Below are positions 54,663 through 63,694 of a DNA stretch of 64,000 bases, piece by piece (position 1 is the first letter of the stretch; the number at the start of each line of letters is the position of its first letter). The position numbers were made by a program, and so were the translations under genes. Below the pieces are notes generated by a model. The model searched no databases. It saw only the letters and a list, made by a program, of their open reading frames with translations, and was not told the origin of the DNA. Origin of the DNA: Gemmatimonadota bacterium (GTDB taxonomy: Bacteria > Gemmatimonadota > Gemmatimonadetes > Gemmatimonadales > Gemmatimonadaceae); contig JAZKCW010000017.1 in the NCBI GenBank assembly GCA_040387895.1, positions 4,204 through 68,203 of the forward strand, given 5' to 3'.

Positions 54663-56285
54663 GTGACCCTCCTTTCCGTTTCCAACGTCGGCGTCTCTTT
54701 CGGCGCGACTGAACTCTTCAAGGACATCACCTTCACCGTCGCCGAGGGCGAGCGGTGGGGCATCATCGGGCGCAATGGCGCGGGCAAGTCCTCGATCTTC
54801 AACGTCATCACCGGCGATCTCCAGCCGTCGGTGGGGAGCGTCGCGCGCAAGCCGGGGCTCAGGCATGCCCTGCTCGACCAGCATCGTGCCTTCGAAGGCG
54901 CCACGACGGTATGGCAGGCCGGCGCCGCCGCCTGGCGCGAGGTGATGGCGCTCGAGCAGCGGATCGCCGAGCAGGCCATCGAACTCGGCGAGCTCGGCGA
55001 ACGGGTCTCGGACGAATTTCTCGAGCGCTTCGGGCGTGACCAGGAGCGATTCGGTGACATCGGCGGCTACGTCTACCACTCGCGGGTCGACGCCGTGCTG
55101 CAGGGTCTCGGTTTCGACGCGGAGGAGTCGAAGACTCGGCTCGTGTCGTCGCTTTCGGGTGGTGAACGTGGCCGTGTTGGGCTGGCGGCGCAGCTCATCG
55201 CACCCGCCGACCTGCTGCTGCTGGACGAACCGACCAATCACCTCGACCTCGACACCACCACGTGGCTGCAGGAGTGGCTCACCGAAGCCGAGGAAACGGT
55301 GATCGTGGTGTCGCACGATCGCGCGTTCCTCGACGCGATCTGCACCAACATCCTGCACGTGGAAGGGAAGTCCAGCGAATCGTACAAGGGCAACTACAGC
55401 CAGTTCGTGCCGCAGCGAGCGGAGCGCCGGCTCACGCGCGAGCGCGAGGTCGAGAAGCAGCGCGCGTACGTGGAGAAGGAGCGCGACTACATCATGCGCA
55501 ATCTCGCGGGCGCCAACTCCTTCCAGGCGAAGGGCAAGCGCAAGCGTCTCGAGCGCCTGCCGCGACTGGCGCCGCCTCCCGGTGACCCGGCAGCGATGTC
55601 GCTCGAGTTCAAGGTCGCGGACCGTGGTGGCGATCAGGTGGTGGCCATCAACGAGCTGCGCGTGGAAGTGCCGGGGCGCGTACTCGTCGACGAATTCACG
55701 GCCGTGCTGCGGCGCAACGACTTCGTCGCGCTCGTCGGACCGAATGGCGCTGGCAAGAGCTCGTTCATCTCCACGGTGCTTGGCGATCGTGCGCCGGCAG
55801 GCGGCGCGGCGCGGATCGGCAGCTCGATCACGCCGGCGTGGTTCCGGCAGGATCTCTCGGACCTGCCGCTCCGCATGTCACTGTCCGAGGCGATCCTCGC
55901 GCAGCGGCCGCTCTGGAATCGCGGCCAGGTGCAGAATCATCTGGGCGCCTTCGGGTTCAGCGGCGACGAGGTGTTCCGCGAGGTCAGCACGCTCAGCGGT
56001 GGCGAGCGGGCGCGCGTCGCGCTCGCGCTGATCACGCTCACGGGCGCGAACCTGCTCGTGCTGGACGAGCCCACCAATCATCTCGACGTCGAGAACATCG
56101 AGGTGCTCGAGGACGCGCTCGACGAGTACGAGGGCACGGTGCTGCTGGTGAGTCATGACCGCGCATTCCTGCGCGAAGTCGCGACGCGTGTCTGGTGGTT
56201 CGACGGCACGCGGCTCGTCGACTTCGACGGTCCGTTCATCGACTGGGAAGCAGACGTCGCGCGTCGGGCAGGGAAGGGGCGCTAA
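54663..56285 (+). CDS. ABC-F family ATPase (two NBDs, no TMD)
   Basis: Walker A GRNGAGKSS and GPNGAGKSS. Two LSGGE signature motifs. Walker B LLLLDEPTNHLD and LLVLDEPTNHLD. GTG start. Confidence 0.9.
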   Translation: MTLLSVSNVGVSFGATELFKDITFTVAEGERWGIIGRNGAGKSSIFNVITGDLQPSVGSVARKPGLRHALLDQHRAFEGATTVWQAGAAAWREVMALEQRIAEQAIELGELGERVSDEFLERFGRDQERFGDIGGYVYHSRVDAVLQGLGFDAEESKTRLVSSLSGGERGRVGLAAQLIAPADLLLLDEPTNHLDLDTTTWLQEWLTEAEETVIVVSHDRAFLDAICTNILHVEGKSSESYKGNYSQFVPQRAERRLTREREVEKQRAYVEKERDYIMRNLAGANSFQAKGKRKRLERLPRLAPPPGDPAAMSLEFKVADRGGDQVVAINELRVEVPGRVLVDEFTAVLRRNDFVALVGPNGAGKSSFISTVLGDRAPAGGAARIGSSITPAWFRQDLSDLPLRMSLSEAILAQRPLWNRGQVQNHLGAFGFSGDEVFREVSTLSGGERARVALALITLTGANLLVLDEPTNHLDVENIEVLEDALDEYEGTVLLVSHDRAFLREVATRVWWFDGTRLVDFDGPFIDWEADVARRAGKGR

Positions 56286-56337
56286 GCAATTCGGGTAGTG
56301 GATGCATGCAGTCTCCACCTTTCGAACGGAGGGATCC

Positions 56338-56934
56338 ATGTCCAAGGTCATCGCCATCATGTCGGTGTCGCTCGACGGCTTCGTCGCCGACCGCAACGAC
56401 GGCGTGAACGAAGTATTCGACTGGTACTTCAACTCGGGTGACGTCGAATTTCACGCGGGCGGATCGGATGCGATGACGTTCCACGTGTCCGAGCCGAGCG
56501 CGGCGCACTTGCGGGGGCTCTGGTTCGAACTCGGTGCAGCGCTCACTGGCCGGCGCACGTTCGACGTCGCCAAGGGATGGGGCGGGAATCATGGGTGGGG
56601 CCCGGCCTACGTGCTCACGCACAGCATTCCGGATGGATGGCCACGCCCGGACTCGACCGTGCACTTCGTGACTGACGGCATCGAGAGCGCGGTACGCCAG
56701 GCGAAGGCCGGGGCGGCCGGGAAATCCGTCGGCGTGCATGGGGGCGATACGATCCGGCAGTTGCTGAACGCGGGTTTGCTCGACACACTCTGCATCGACG
56801 TGGCGCCCGTGCTGCTCGGATCCGGCGTTCGCCTCTTCGACGGGCTCGAAGGCACGCCGTCGATCCTTGGCCACCCGACGGTGATCCAGGGCGTCGGCGT
56901 GACCCACCTGCGGTATGAGGTGCGGAAGGCGTAG
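56338..56934 (+). CDS. Dihydrofolate reductase-like (RibD C-terminal domain) family protein
   Basis: MSKVIAIMSVSLDGFVADRNDG...GRRTFD...HGGDTIRQLLNAGLLD is typical of the RibD_C family. GGAGGG RBS. Confidence 0.8.
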   Translation: MSKVIAIMSVSLDGFVADRNDGVNEVFDWYFNSGDVEFHAGGSDAMTFHVSEPSAAHLRGLWFELGAALTGRRTFDVAKGWGGNHGWGPAYVLTHSIPDGWPRPDSTVHFVTDGIESAVRQAKAGAAGKSVGVHGGDTIRQLLNAGLLDTLCIDVAPVLLGSGVRLFDGLEGTPSILGHPTVIQGVGVTHLRYEVRKA

Positions 56935-57025
56935 CAGCATCCTGCACTAACGTGCATTTCCCTCAGCGGAGTCGAACGGCATGCGACCCATCGTGCACGC
57001 GCAGGCGGCGGACTTTCCGTACAAC

Positions 57026-57349
57026 ATGACGACGACGGCGTTCGAGATCGCTGGCTATCGCATCACGGCGAATCTCGGTGTCGTGCGCGGCGTGGTGGTG
57101 CGATCACGCTCAGTGTTCGGCACGATCGGCGCGGGCTTTCAGACGATCGTCGGCGGCAACATCTCGCTCTTCACCGAGCTGGCCGAACGCACGCGGCAGC
57201 AAGCATTCGACACCATGCTGGGCCAGGCCGAGATGGCGGAGGCGCACGCCGTCATCGGCATCCGGTACGACGCCACCGAGGTGATGAGCGGCGTGACGGA
57301 AGTGATCTGCTACGGGACGGCCGTGCAGGTCAAGAAGCTGGAGGAGTAG
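57026..57349 (+). CDS. YbjQ/UPF0145 family protein
   Basis: GVVRGVVVRSRSVFGTIGAGFQTIVGGNISLFTEL...AHAVIGIRYD matches the family core. Confidence 0.8.
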   Translation: MTTTAFEIAGYRITANLGVVRGVVVRSRSVFGTIGAGFQTIVGGNISLFTELAERTRQQAFDTMLGQAEMAEAHAVIGIRYDATEVMSGVTEVICYGTAVQVKKLEE

Positions 57350-57370
57350 CTCAGGCGCGTGTCCCGGCGT

Positions 57371-58264
57371 CTATCGCCGCGGTGCCACCAGTCGCTCCGA
57401 CAGTGCACGTAGCCCGGCCCGCACCGAGTCGTCGTAGGCCTGCGGGTGGGCACGCCCCTCGCGCAGGCCGTTGTAGAACGCGCCGTTCACCAGTGCACTG
57501 TCCGTGATCAATCTGAAGAGCGCGGTCGCCCCTTCGTCGACCGTCGATCGCGGCTGCACACCCGCCGCATGCACGAGATGCGTGTCCATCAGCGTGGCGG
57601 GGTGCAGCGCCACCACCGTCACGCGCTTGCCCTCGAGCTCCCGCGCCAGGTCGAAGGTGAACATCACCTGCGCGAGCTTGCTCTGCGAATACCCACGCTG
57701 GCCGCTGTAGCCGCGCTCCTGCATCACGTCGTCGAGCATGACCGGCGACTGCGTCTGCGATGCGACGTTGATGATGCGTGACGGCGCGCTGGCGACGAGA
57801 CGCGGCAGCAGCAGGCGCGTGAGCAGGTAGCCGGAGAGATAGTTCACCGCGAACGTCATCTCGTAGCCGTCGGCGCTCGTCTGGCGCGGCCCTTCGCGCA
57901 GCCACACCCCCGCGTTGTTCACCAGCACGTTCACGCGCGGGTAGCGGCGCAGGATCGTGTCGGCAAACGCGCGCACGTTCGCGAGTGAGCCAAGATCGGC
58001 GGCAAGGAACACCGCCGACCCTTTGCCGGCGCGGGTGATCTCAGCCACCACGGAGTCGCCGCGCGCCCGGTTTCGTCCGTGCACGATGACGTGCGCGCCG
58101 GTGGCGGCTACCCGTCCCGCGACCTCGCGGCCGAGTCCGTCCGTGGAGCCGGTGATCAGGACGACGGGGGCGTTCGGGTCGCGGCGCGGGGTTTGTGCAT
58201 CGGTCGCCGGGGCGAGCGCGACGACGAGCACGAGAGCAGCTGCGAGCAGGGACCTGGTCGTCAT
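57371..58264 (-). CDS. SDR family oxidoreductase with N-terminal hydrophobic signal/anchor
   Basis: VLITGSTDGLGREVA (TGxxxGxG), NNAG and YSQSK (YxxxK). N-terminus MTTRSLLAAALVLVVALAPATDAQ. Confidence 0.85.
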   Translation of the reverse strand: MTTRSLLAAALVLVVALAPATDAQTPRRDPNAPVVLITGSTDGLGREVAGRVAATGAHVIVHGRNRARGDSVVAEITRAGKGSAVFLAADLGSLANVRAFADTILRRYPRVNVLVNNAGVWLREGPRQTSADGYEMTFAVNYLSGYLLTRLLLPRLVASAPSRIINVASQTQSPVMLDDVMQERGYSGQRGYSQSKLAQVMFTFDLARELEGKRVTVVALHPATLMDTHLVHAAGVQPRSTVDEGATALFRLITDSALVNGAFYNGLREGRAHPQAYDDSVRAGLRALSERLVAPRR

Positions 58265-58466
58265 GGCATTCGTCCGGGCGGGTGGTGGCGAGGCGAGCCT
58301 CGCCTGGTTCTCCCATGAGATTGCCTCATCGGCTGTGCTGGCGCAAACGGGCCATGCGGTACCGCGCTGCTGGACGGGTCAGGGTCGCCGCGGCAGATTC
58401 GCCGATGAAGTGCAATGGTGGAGGACAACGGCAATAGCCCGCTCCCTTTCTGCGACGAGCGTTCCC

Positions 58467-58811
58467 ATGGAACCGCGACACGAAGCCGACGAGCAGTTGG
58501 GCCCGCCACCGCTCGACTCCTCTCGGATGAGCACCGAGCCCGAAGGGCCGCCCCGACTACGAAGGGTACGGCAGTACGGCCTCGGGGCGGGCGTGCTGCT
58601 CACCGTCGCATTTCTCGCCTACCAGATGATGCTCGGGCCGGTGCATGGCGTGGCAGATGCGAGCGAGTGCGCGCGGGCCTACGCCGATGCGCGAAGCCGC
58701 ACGGACACGGTGTCCGTCGATTTCATGTCGTATCCGGATACCGGGGGCCGTCGCCGCAAGATGCTGTGCGGCTTGCTCCGGCCGATGCCGGTCGTCTCGC
58801 TGGGTCGCTGA
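58467..58811 (+). CDS. Hypothetical small membrane protein
   Basis: High GC3 from ATG 58467. One TM segment (LGAGVLLTVAFLAYQMML). No motif. Start uncertain; alternative MSTEPEG. Confidence 0.45.
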   Translation: MEPRHEADEQLGPPPLDSSRMSTEPEGPPRLRRVRQYGLGAGVLLTVAFLAYQMMLGPVHGVADASECARAYADARSRTDTVSVDFMSYPDTGGRRRKMLCGLLRPMPVVSLGR

Positions 58812-58949
58812 GCGCAGCGGCGCGGTCTGCCCACACGGGAACGCCTGCATGGGACTGAGCGGTGCTTGCTGGTAGGCCGACGTCCGAATCCGTACGTTAG
58901 CAGCGGGTTCCCGCTGCACACCGCTCACCTGTCTCGAGCCGCTACCGCA

Positions 58950-61900
58950 ATGCTTCGATTCCCTGTACTCGCCGCGGCACTGCTCGGCGCGAGCACGCTG
59001 TCCGCGCAGTCGTTGTCCGCGCAGTCGCCTGCCGCGCAGCCGTCTGCAGATACACGCCTGCTGCGCGAGCCGACGCTCAGCACCACACACATTGCCTTCA
59101 GCCACGCCGCCGATCTCTGGATCGTGCCCCGCGCGGGTGGCGAGGCTCGCCGACTCACGAGCACACCGGCCGTCGAGAGCAACCCGCACTTCTCACCCGA
59201 CGGCGCATGGATCGCGTTCACGAGCACGCGCTCCGGCTCGGCGGCCGTGTACCTGATGCCTGCGGCCGGCGGTGACGCGACGCGGCTTACATGGAGTCCG
59301 GCGGGCGAGCAGGCGCGCGGATGGACGCCGGATGGGAAGTCCGTGCTTTTCTCGTCGGGCCGAGTCTCCGCCCCTACGGGTTACGCGAAGCTGTTCACGA
59401 TCCCGGTAGCGGGTGGGCCCGCGAAGCAGCTTCCGGCCTACATGGGATTCCGCGGGAGCTTCTCCCCGGATGGCGGGCGCATCGTCGTCGACCGGATGGA
59501 CCGCTGGGACGTGGAGTTCCGCAGCTATCGTGGCGGACAGAACACGCCGCTCACGATCACCACCATCGCGGACGGCACCGAGCTCCGGCTGCCCAACGAG
59601 CTCACGATGGACATCGATCCCGTCTGGCTCGGCGAGACGATCTACTTCCTCTCGGATCGCGACTGGGCGACGAACGTGTGGTCGTACGACACGCGCACGC
59701 GCGCGCTCAAGCAGCTCACGACGTTCGCAAACGCCGACGTGAAGGCGCTCGATGGTGTCGGCAACACGCTCGTCTTCGAGCAGGACGGCTACCTGTGGAC
59801 GCTCGATCCCGCGCGCGGACAGCCGCAGCGGCTCGCGATCACGGTGCGTGGTGATTTCCCGTGGGCGATGGCGCGTCATGCCGACGTGACGAACTCGGCG
59901 CAATCCGCCGCGATCGGGCCGAATGGCAAGCGTGCGCTGATGGAAGCGCGCGGGGAGATCTTCACGGTTCCGGTGGAGAAGGGCGACGCGCGCAACCTCA
60001 CGCGCTCCTCCGGCGCCGCCGATCGCGCGCCGGTGTGGTCACCCGACGGCCAGCGCGTGGCGTGGTTCAGCGACGAGGGGCAGGGCTATCGCCTGCTCGT
60101 CGGTGACGCAGACGGACTTGGCACCCCTCGCACGATCGCCATCGGCGACGTGAAGATGGCGTGGAATCCCTCGTGGTCGCCTGATGGCAGCCGCATCGCG
60201 TTCGTCGACGACAAGGTGCGGTTGCGGGCGATCGAAGTCGCGAGCGGGCGATTGAGTGTGATCGACACCGCCGGTGCGGCCAACGACCGCGGTTCGATGG
60301 TGCCCGCGTGGTCACCGGATTCGAAGTGGCTGGCGTACGCGAAGACGTTCCCGAACCAGTACCGCCGCGTGGTCGTGTATTCGCTCGCCGACGGACGGAA
60401 GCGCGTCATCACCGACGCGCTCGCGAGTGCCGGATCACCGGTGTGGGATCGCAACGGCAAGTGGCTGTACTTCCTCGCGAGCACCGACCTGGGCGTCCAG
60501 AGCGGATGGGCCGACGTCGGCAGCCAGACGCGCACGAGCACCAGCTCCGTGTACGTGACGCTGTTGCGTGCGAACGAACCGAGTCCGTTCACGCCGGAGA
60601 GCGACGAGGAGGCAGCCGCGCGCGCGGCGGGCAACCCGGCTCCCGCAGACTCCGCGCGCCCCGCACGTGATTCAGCCGCGCGCCCGGCCGCCAACGCAGC
60701 AGGCGCCGTCCCGCCGGCTGCACCTGCCGCTGCCGGCTCGCGTGCACCGGTCACGACGATCGACTTCGATCGCATCGATCGCCGCACACTCGCGCTTACG
60801 CTGCCGACGCGCGACTACGCGAATCTCGTCCCCGGTCCCGCCGGCGTGCTGTTTGTTGCGGAGCGGGTGCGCAACCAGCCCGGCACCACGTTGCACAAGT
60901 GGGACATGGCCCGGCGCCGTGTGGAGCAGTTCGCGACCGGTGTGACGTCCGTGTCGACGACCGCCGATGGAAAGAAGCTGATGTGGCGCGCGGGAACGGC
61001 GTGGGCCGTCGTGAGTGCCGACGCGCCGCCACGAGCGGGCGACGGTGCACTGCGCGTTTCGTTGAGCATGATGCTCGAGCCCGCGCGGGAGTGGGCGCAG
61101 ATCTTCGACGAAGCGTGGCGCATCGAGCGCGACTTCTTCTACGATCCCGGTCTGCACGGCGCCGACTGGAACGCGGTGCGCGCGCGGTACCTGCCGCTGC
61201 TGCCGTTCGTGAAACATCGTGCGGATCTCACCTACGTCATCGACCAGATCGGCGGTGAGCTTGCCGTCGGACATTCGTTCGTCGGTGGTGGCGACTTTCC
61301 GCCGACGGACAGTTCGCGCATCGGCGCACTGGGTGCCGATCTCGTGGCCGACGGCGATCGCTGGCGCATCGCGCGCGTCTACACGAGCGAGAGCTGGAAC
61401 CCGGGACTGCGTGCTCCACTCGACGCCCCGGGCGTGAAGGCGCGTGCCGGCGACTACCTGCTCGAGGTGAACGGCGTGCCGGTGACCACGCGTGACGAGC
61501 CGTGGAAGGCTCTCGACGGCACGGCCGATCGCCAGACCGTGCTGCGGCTCGCGGAGCGCTCCAACGGTGACGGCGCCTGGACGGTGACCGTCGTGCCGGT
61601 GCGCAGCGAGACGCAGCTGCGGCAGCGCGCGTGGGTGGAGGACAATCGCCGGCGTGTCGATTCCCTGTCGAAGGGCACGCTCGCGTATGCGTGGATCCCG
61701 AACACCGGTGCGCCGGCCGTGACGGCGTTCGACCGGTACTACTACGCGCAACAGGACCGGAAGGGTGCCGTGATCGACGAGCGCTTCAACGGCGGCGGAC
61801 TGCTCGACGATTACATGGTGGGCGTGATGGCGCGAAAGCCCGTGGGTGGCGTGACGGATTTCGTGCCGGGCGCCGTGGGCACGAGGTTGCCGGCGTCGGG

Positions 61901-62300
61901 CATCTTCGGTCCCAAGGTGCTGCTTACCAATGAACTCGCCGGGTCGGGCGGCGACTTCTTCCCCTGGGTGTTTCGTGAAACGGGTACGGGACCTTTGATC
62001 GGCACGCGCACGTGGGGCGGCCTCGTGAACGCATCCGTGCCCTATCCGCTGGTCGACGGTGGCACGATCACGGCGCCCGCGCTCGCGGTATTTGGACCGC
62101 AGGGATACATCGCCGAGGGTGAAGGTGTGGCACCGGACATCGAGGTGCTGCAGGATGCGAAAGCCGTGATGCAGGGACGCGATCCGCAGCTCGAGCGCGC
62201 GGTGCAGGAGGCGATGCGGCTGGTGACGGAGAAGGGCGTCGTGGCGCCGCCGCGTCCGACGGCAGTTCCGCCAAGGGCGAAGCGCCCGCCGCGGCGCTGA
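58950..62300 (+). CDS. Tricorn protease homolog (PD40 propellers, PDZ, S41 peptidase), secreted
   Basis: N-terminus LREPTLSTTHIAFSHAADLWIV..GGEARRLTS...ESNPHFSPDGAWIAFTS is the typical tricorn start. C-terminal IDERFNGGGLLDDY and GTRTWGG are S41 motifs. Signal peptide MLRFPVLAAALLGASTLSAQ. Confidence 0.85.
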   Translation: MLRFPVLAAALLGASTLSAQSLSAQSPAAQPSADTRLLREPTLSTTHIAFSHAADLWIVPRAGGEARRLTSTPAVESNPHFSPDGAWIAFTSTRSGSAAVYLMPAAGGDATRLTWSPAGEQARGWTPDGKSVLFSSGRVSAPTGYAKLFTIPVAGGPAKQLPAYMGFRGSFSPDGGRIVVDRMDRWDVEFRSYRGGQNTPLTITTIADGTELRLPNELTMDIDPVWLGETIYFLSDRDWATNVWSYDTRTRALKQLTTFANADVKALDGVGNTLVFEQDGYLWTLDPARGQPQRLAITVRGDFPWAMARHADVTNSAQSAAIGPNGKRALMEARGEIFTVPVEKGDARNLTRSSGAADRAPVWSPDGQRVAWFSDEGQGYRLLVGDADGLGTPRTIAIGDVKMAWNPSWSPDGSRIAFVDDKVRLRAIEVASGRLSVIDTAGAANDRGSMVPAWSPDSKWLAYAKTFPNQYRRVVVYSLADGRKRVITDALASAGSPVWDRNGKWLYFLASTDLGVQSGWADVGSQTRTSTSSVYVTLLRANEPSPFTPESDEEAAARAAGNPAPADSARPARDSAARPAANAAGAVPPAAPAAAGSRAPVTTIDFDRIDRRTLALTLPTRDYANLVPGPAGVLFVAERVRNQPGTTLHKWDMARRRVEQFATGVTSVSTTADGKKLMWRAGTAWAVVSADAPPRAGDGALRVSLSMMLEPAREWAQIFDEAWRIERDFFYDPGLHGADWNAVRARYLPLLPFVKHRADLTYVIDQIGGELAVGHSFVGGGDFPPTDSSRIGALGADLVADGDRWRIARVYTSESWNPGLRAPLDAPGVKARAGDYLLEVNGVPVTTRDEPWKALDGTADRQTVLRLAERSNGDGAWTVTVVPVRSETQLRQRAWVEDNRRRVDSLSKGTLAYAWIPNTGAPAVTAFDRYYYAQQDRKGAVIDERFNGGGLLDDYMVGVMARKPVGGVTDFVPGAVGTRLPASGIFGPKVLLTNELAGSGGDFFPWVFRETGTGPLIGTRTWGGLVNASVPYPLVDGGTITAPALAVFGPQGYIAEGEGVAPDIEVLQDAKAVMQGRDPQLERAVQEAMRLVTEKGVVAPPRPTAVPPRAKRPPRR
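59001..59045 (+). repeat. 15-bp tandem repeat x3 (third copy degenerate), coding (LSAQS/LSAQS/PAAQP)
   Basis: gtccgcgcagtcgtt, gtccgcgcagtcgcc, tgccgcgcagccgtc. Located at the signal-peptide/mature junction of the tricorn homolog. Confidence 0.8.
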
Positions 62301-62318
62301 CACCGGCTGCAAGGCACT

Positions 62319-63161
62319 GTGTCCGGTGGACTCGGGAAGCACGTTGCCAGGGCCACGGCTCTGTCGGCGTGCCTGACACTGTGCCTGCTGCTCCCATTTC
62401 TCCCCGGGCGGCACGACGCGCTGGCGGTGCCGCTGTCGATGATGGCGCAGCTGTTCGGAATCGCCGGATTGGTGTTGGTGCCGGTCGGAGCGGGCTGGCT
62501 GCTGTACGAGCTGACCAGCCGGCAGAAGGGGAAGCGTCGCGCATTCGGGGGCGCCGCGTTCGCGGCCGTGACCGTCGTCTGGTTGGTCGTCTCCGTCGGC
62601 ACGATGTTCGAAAGTGTGGCGCTCGGATCGCTTTCCCTCCTGCTGCTGGCCGCCGTCGCTCGACGATTGTGGCAGTGCTTCGTGGCATCGGAGCGCGTGC
62701 TGACGGCGGGACCGCCCGTGTATCTCCTGGTGCTCCCGGCTGCCGTCGGCATCACGCGTGTCGCGAGCGCTGATGCCGCCGCGGAGTTCAGCAGGAGCAG
62801 AGCGATACACAATGCCGCGCCGCTCATCGCCGACATCGAGCGGCATCACGCCAGCAACGGTCGATATCCCGTGTCGATCGTGAGCGTGAACCCCGATTAT
62901 CTCCCCGGGACCATCGGCATCGCGCGATACCAGTACGAACTGAATGGCACATCCTACAATGTGCTGTTCGAGCAGCTATCGTTGCGGATCGGCATCCGGG
63001 AAATCGTGATGTACAATCCGCGCGGTGAACACCGCATCTCCAGTCATGCCGCGGATGTGATCGGGATGACGCCAGCCGAACTTGCACTCGATCGATCGCG
63101 CGGGCACAATGCCATCCACGCTGCGCGCCAGCCGGGTTGGAGGTACTTCTGGTTCGATTGA
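62319..63161 (+). CDS. Hypothetical integral membrane protein
   Basis: About 5 N-terminal hydrophobic segments, then a ~130-aa soluble C-terminus. GTG start 18 nt after the tricorn stop. Confidence 0.6.
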   Translation: MSGGLGKHVARATALSACLTLCLLLPFLPGRHDALAVPLSMMAQLFGIAGLVLVPVGAGWLLYELTSRQKGKRRAFGGAAFAAVTVVWLVVSVGTMFESVALGSLSLLLLAAVARRLWQCFVASERVLTAGPPVYLLVLPAAVGITRVASADAAAEFSRSRAIHNAAPLIADIERHHASNGRYPVSIVSVNPDYLPGTIGIARYQYELNGTSYNVLFEQLSLRIGIREIVMYNPRGEHRISSHAADVIGMTPAELALDRSRGHNAIHAARQPGWRYFWFD

Positions 63162-63206
63162 CACGTCCGTGCAACGTATTCCTCCTCAACACGCCGGGGT
63201 CCCACC

Positions 63207-63644
63207 ATGCGTAGATCGTCGAGAGTCGCAACGTTCGTTCTCCTGCTGGTGAGCAGCGCGTGTGGGGCGGGACCCACGGAGAAGGACATCCAGGACTCGC
63301 TGACAGAGGAGCTCCGCTCGGTCGCGGGCGACTGGCGGGGGACGTCCACGGGTACGAACGCCATCACGCTCGAGTTCCGGCTGCAAGAGGGCACAGATGG
63401 CCAGGTGACTGGAACGGGCACCATGAAGGAGGCGCTTGCCGCGTCGGCCGTTCCGATCACCGTCTCGGGAACATTCACGCGGCCGGCCCTGGTCCTCACG
63501 TTCACGGGACTGCAGTACGAGGGACAGCAGGTAACAGGGGCTGTGCAAGCGAATTACACCACCGTCGGGGGCATCAGCACCAACTTGCAGATGACGGGGC
63601 CCGGTTACGCGAAGGGCATCGTGATTCTGTTGCAGGAGCAATAG
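63207..63644 (+). CDS. Hypothetical lipoprotein
   Basis: MRRSSRVATFVLLLVSSAC lipobox. Beta-rich sequence. Confidence 0.65.
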   Translation: MRRSSRVATFVLLLVSSACGAGPTEKDIQDSLTEELRSVAGDWRGTSTGTNAITLEFRLQEGTDGQVTGTGTMKEALAASAVPITVSGTFTRPALVLTFTGLQYEGQQVTGAVQANYTTVGGISTNLQMTGPGYAKGIVILLQEQ

Positions 63645-63651
63645 GAGCGGT

Positions 63652-63679
63652 GACGTCCGGCTCCGCGGAGCCGGGCGTC
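63652..63679. terminator. Terminator-like hairpin between convergent genes
   Basis: gacgtccggctcc / ggagccgggcgtc: 13-bp arms with one G-U pair and a minimal loop, so the inner pairs must open. Lies between the stops at 63644 and 63695. Confidence 0.45.
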
Positions 63680-63694
63680 GGTCATCTCAACCGC

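Noticed and set aside
54584-54721. 45-codon GTG-initiated uORF overlapping the ABC-F start, as a possible leader peptide
   Set aside because: It has no RBS and no attenuator-like alternative hairpins, and its composition is Pro/Arg-rich like shadow frames. Nothing indicates that this ABC-F is of the antibiotic-resistance type.
14324-59045. Possibility that any of the tandem repeat arrays is a CRISPR array
   Set aside because: The units are contiguous with no spacers, are only 10-18 bp long, and mostly lie inside coding regions. There are no cas genes in the window.
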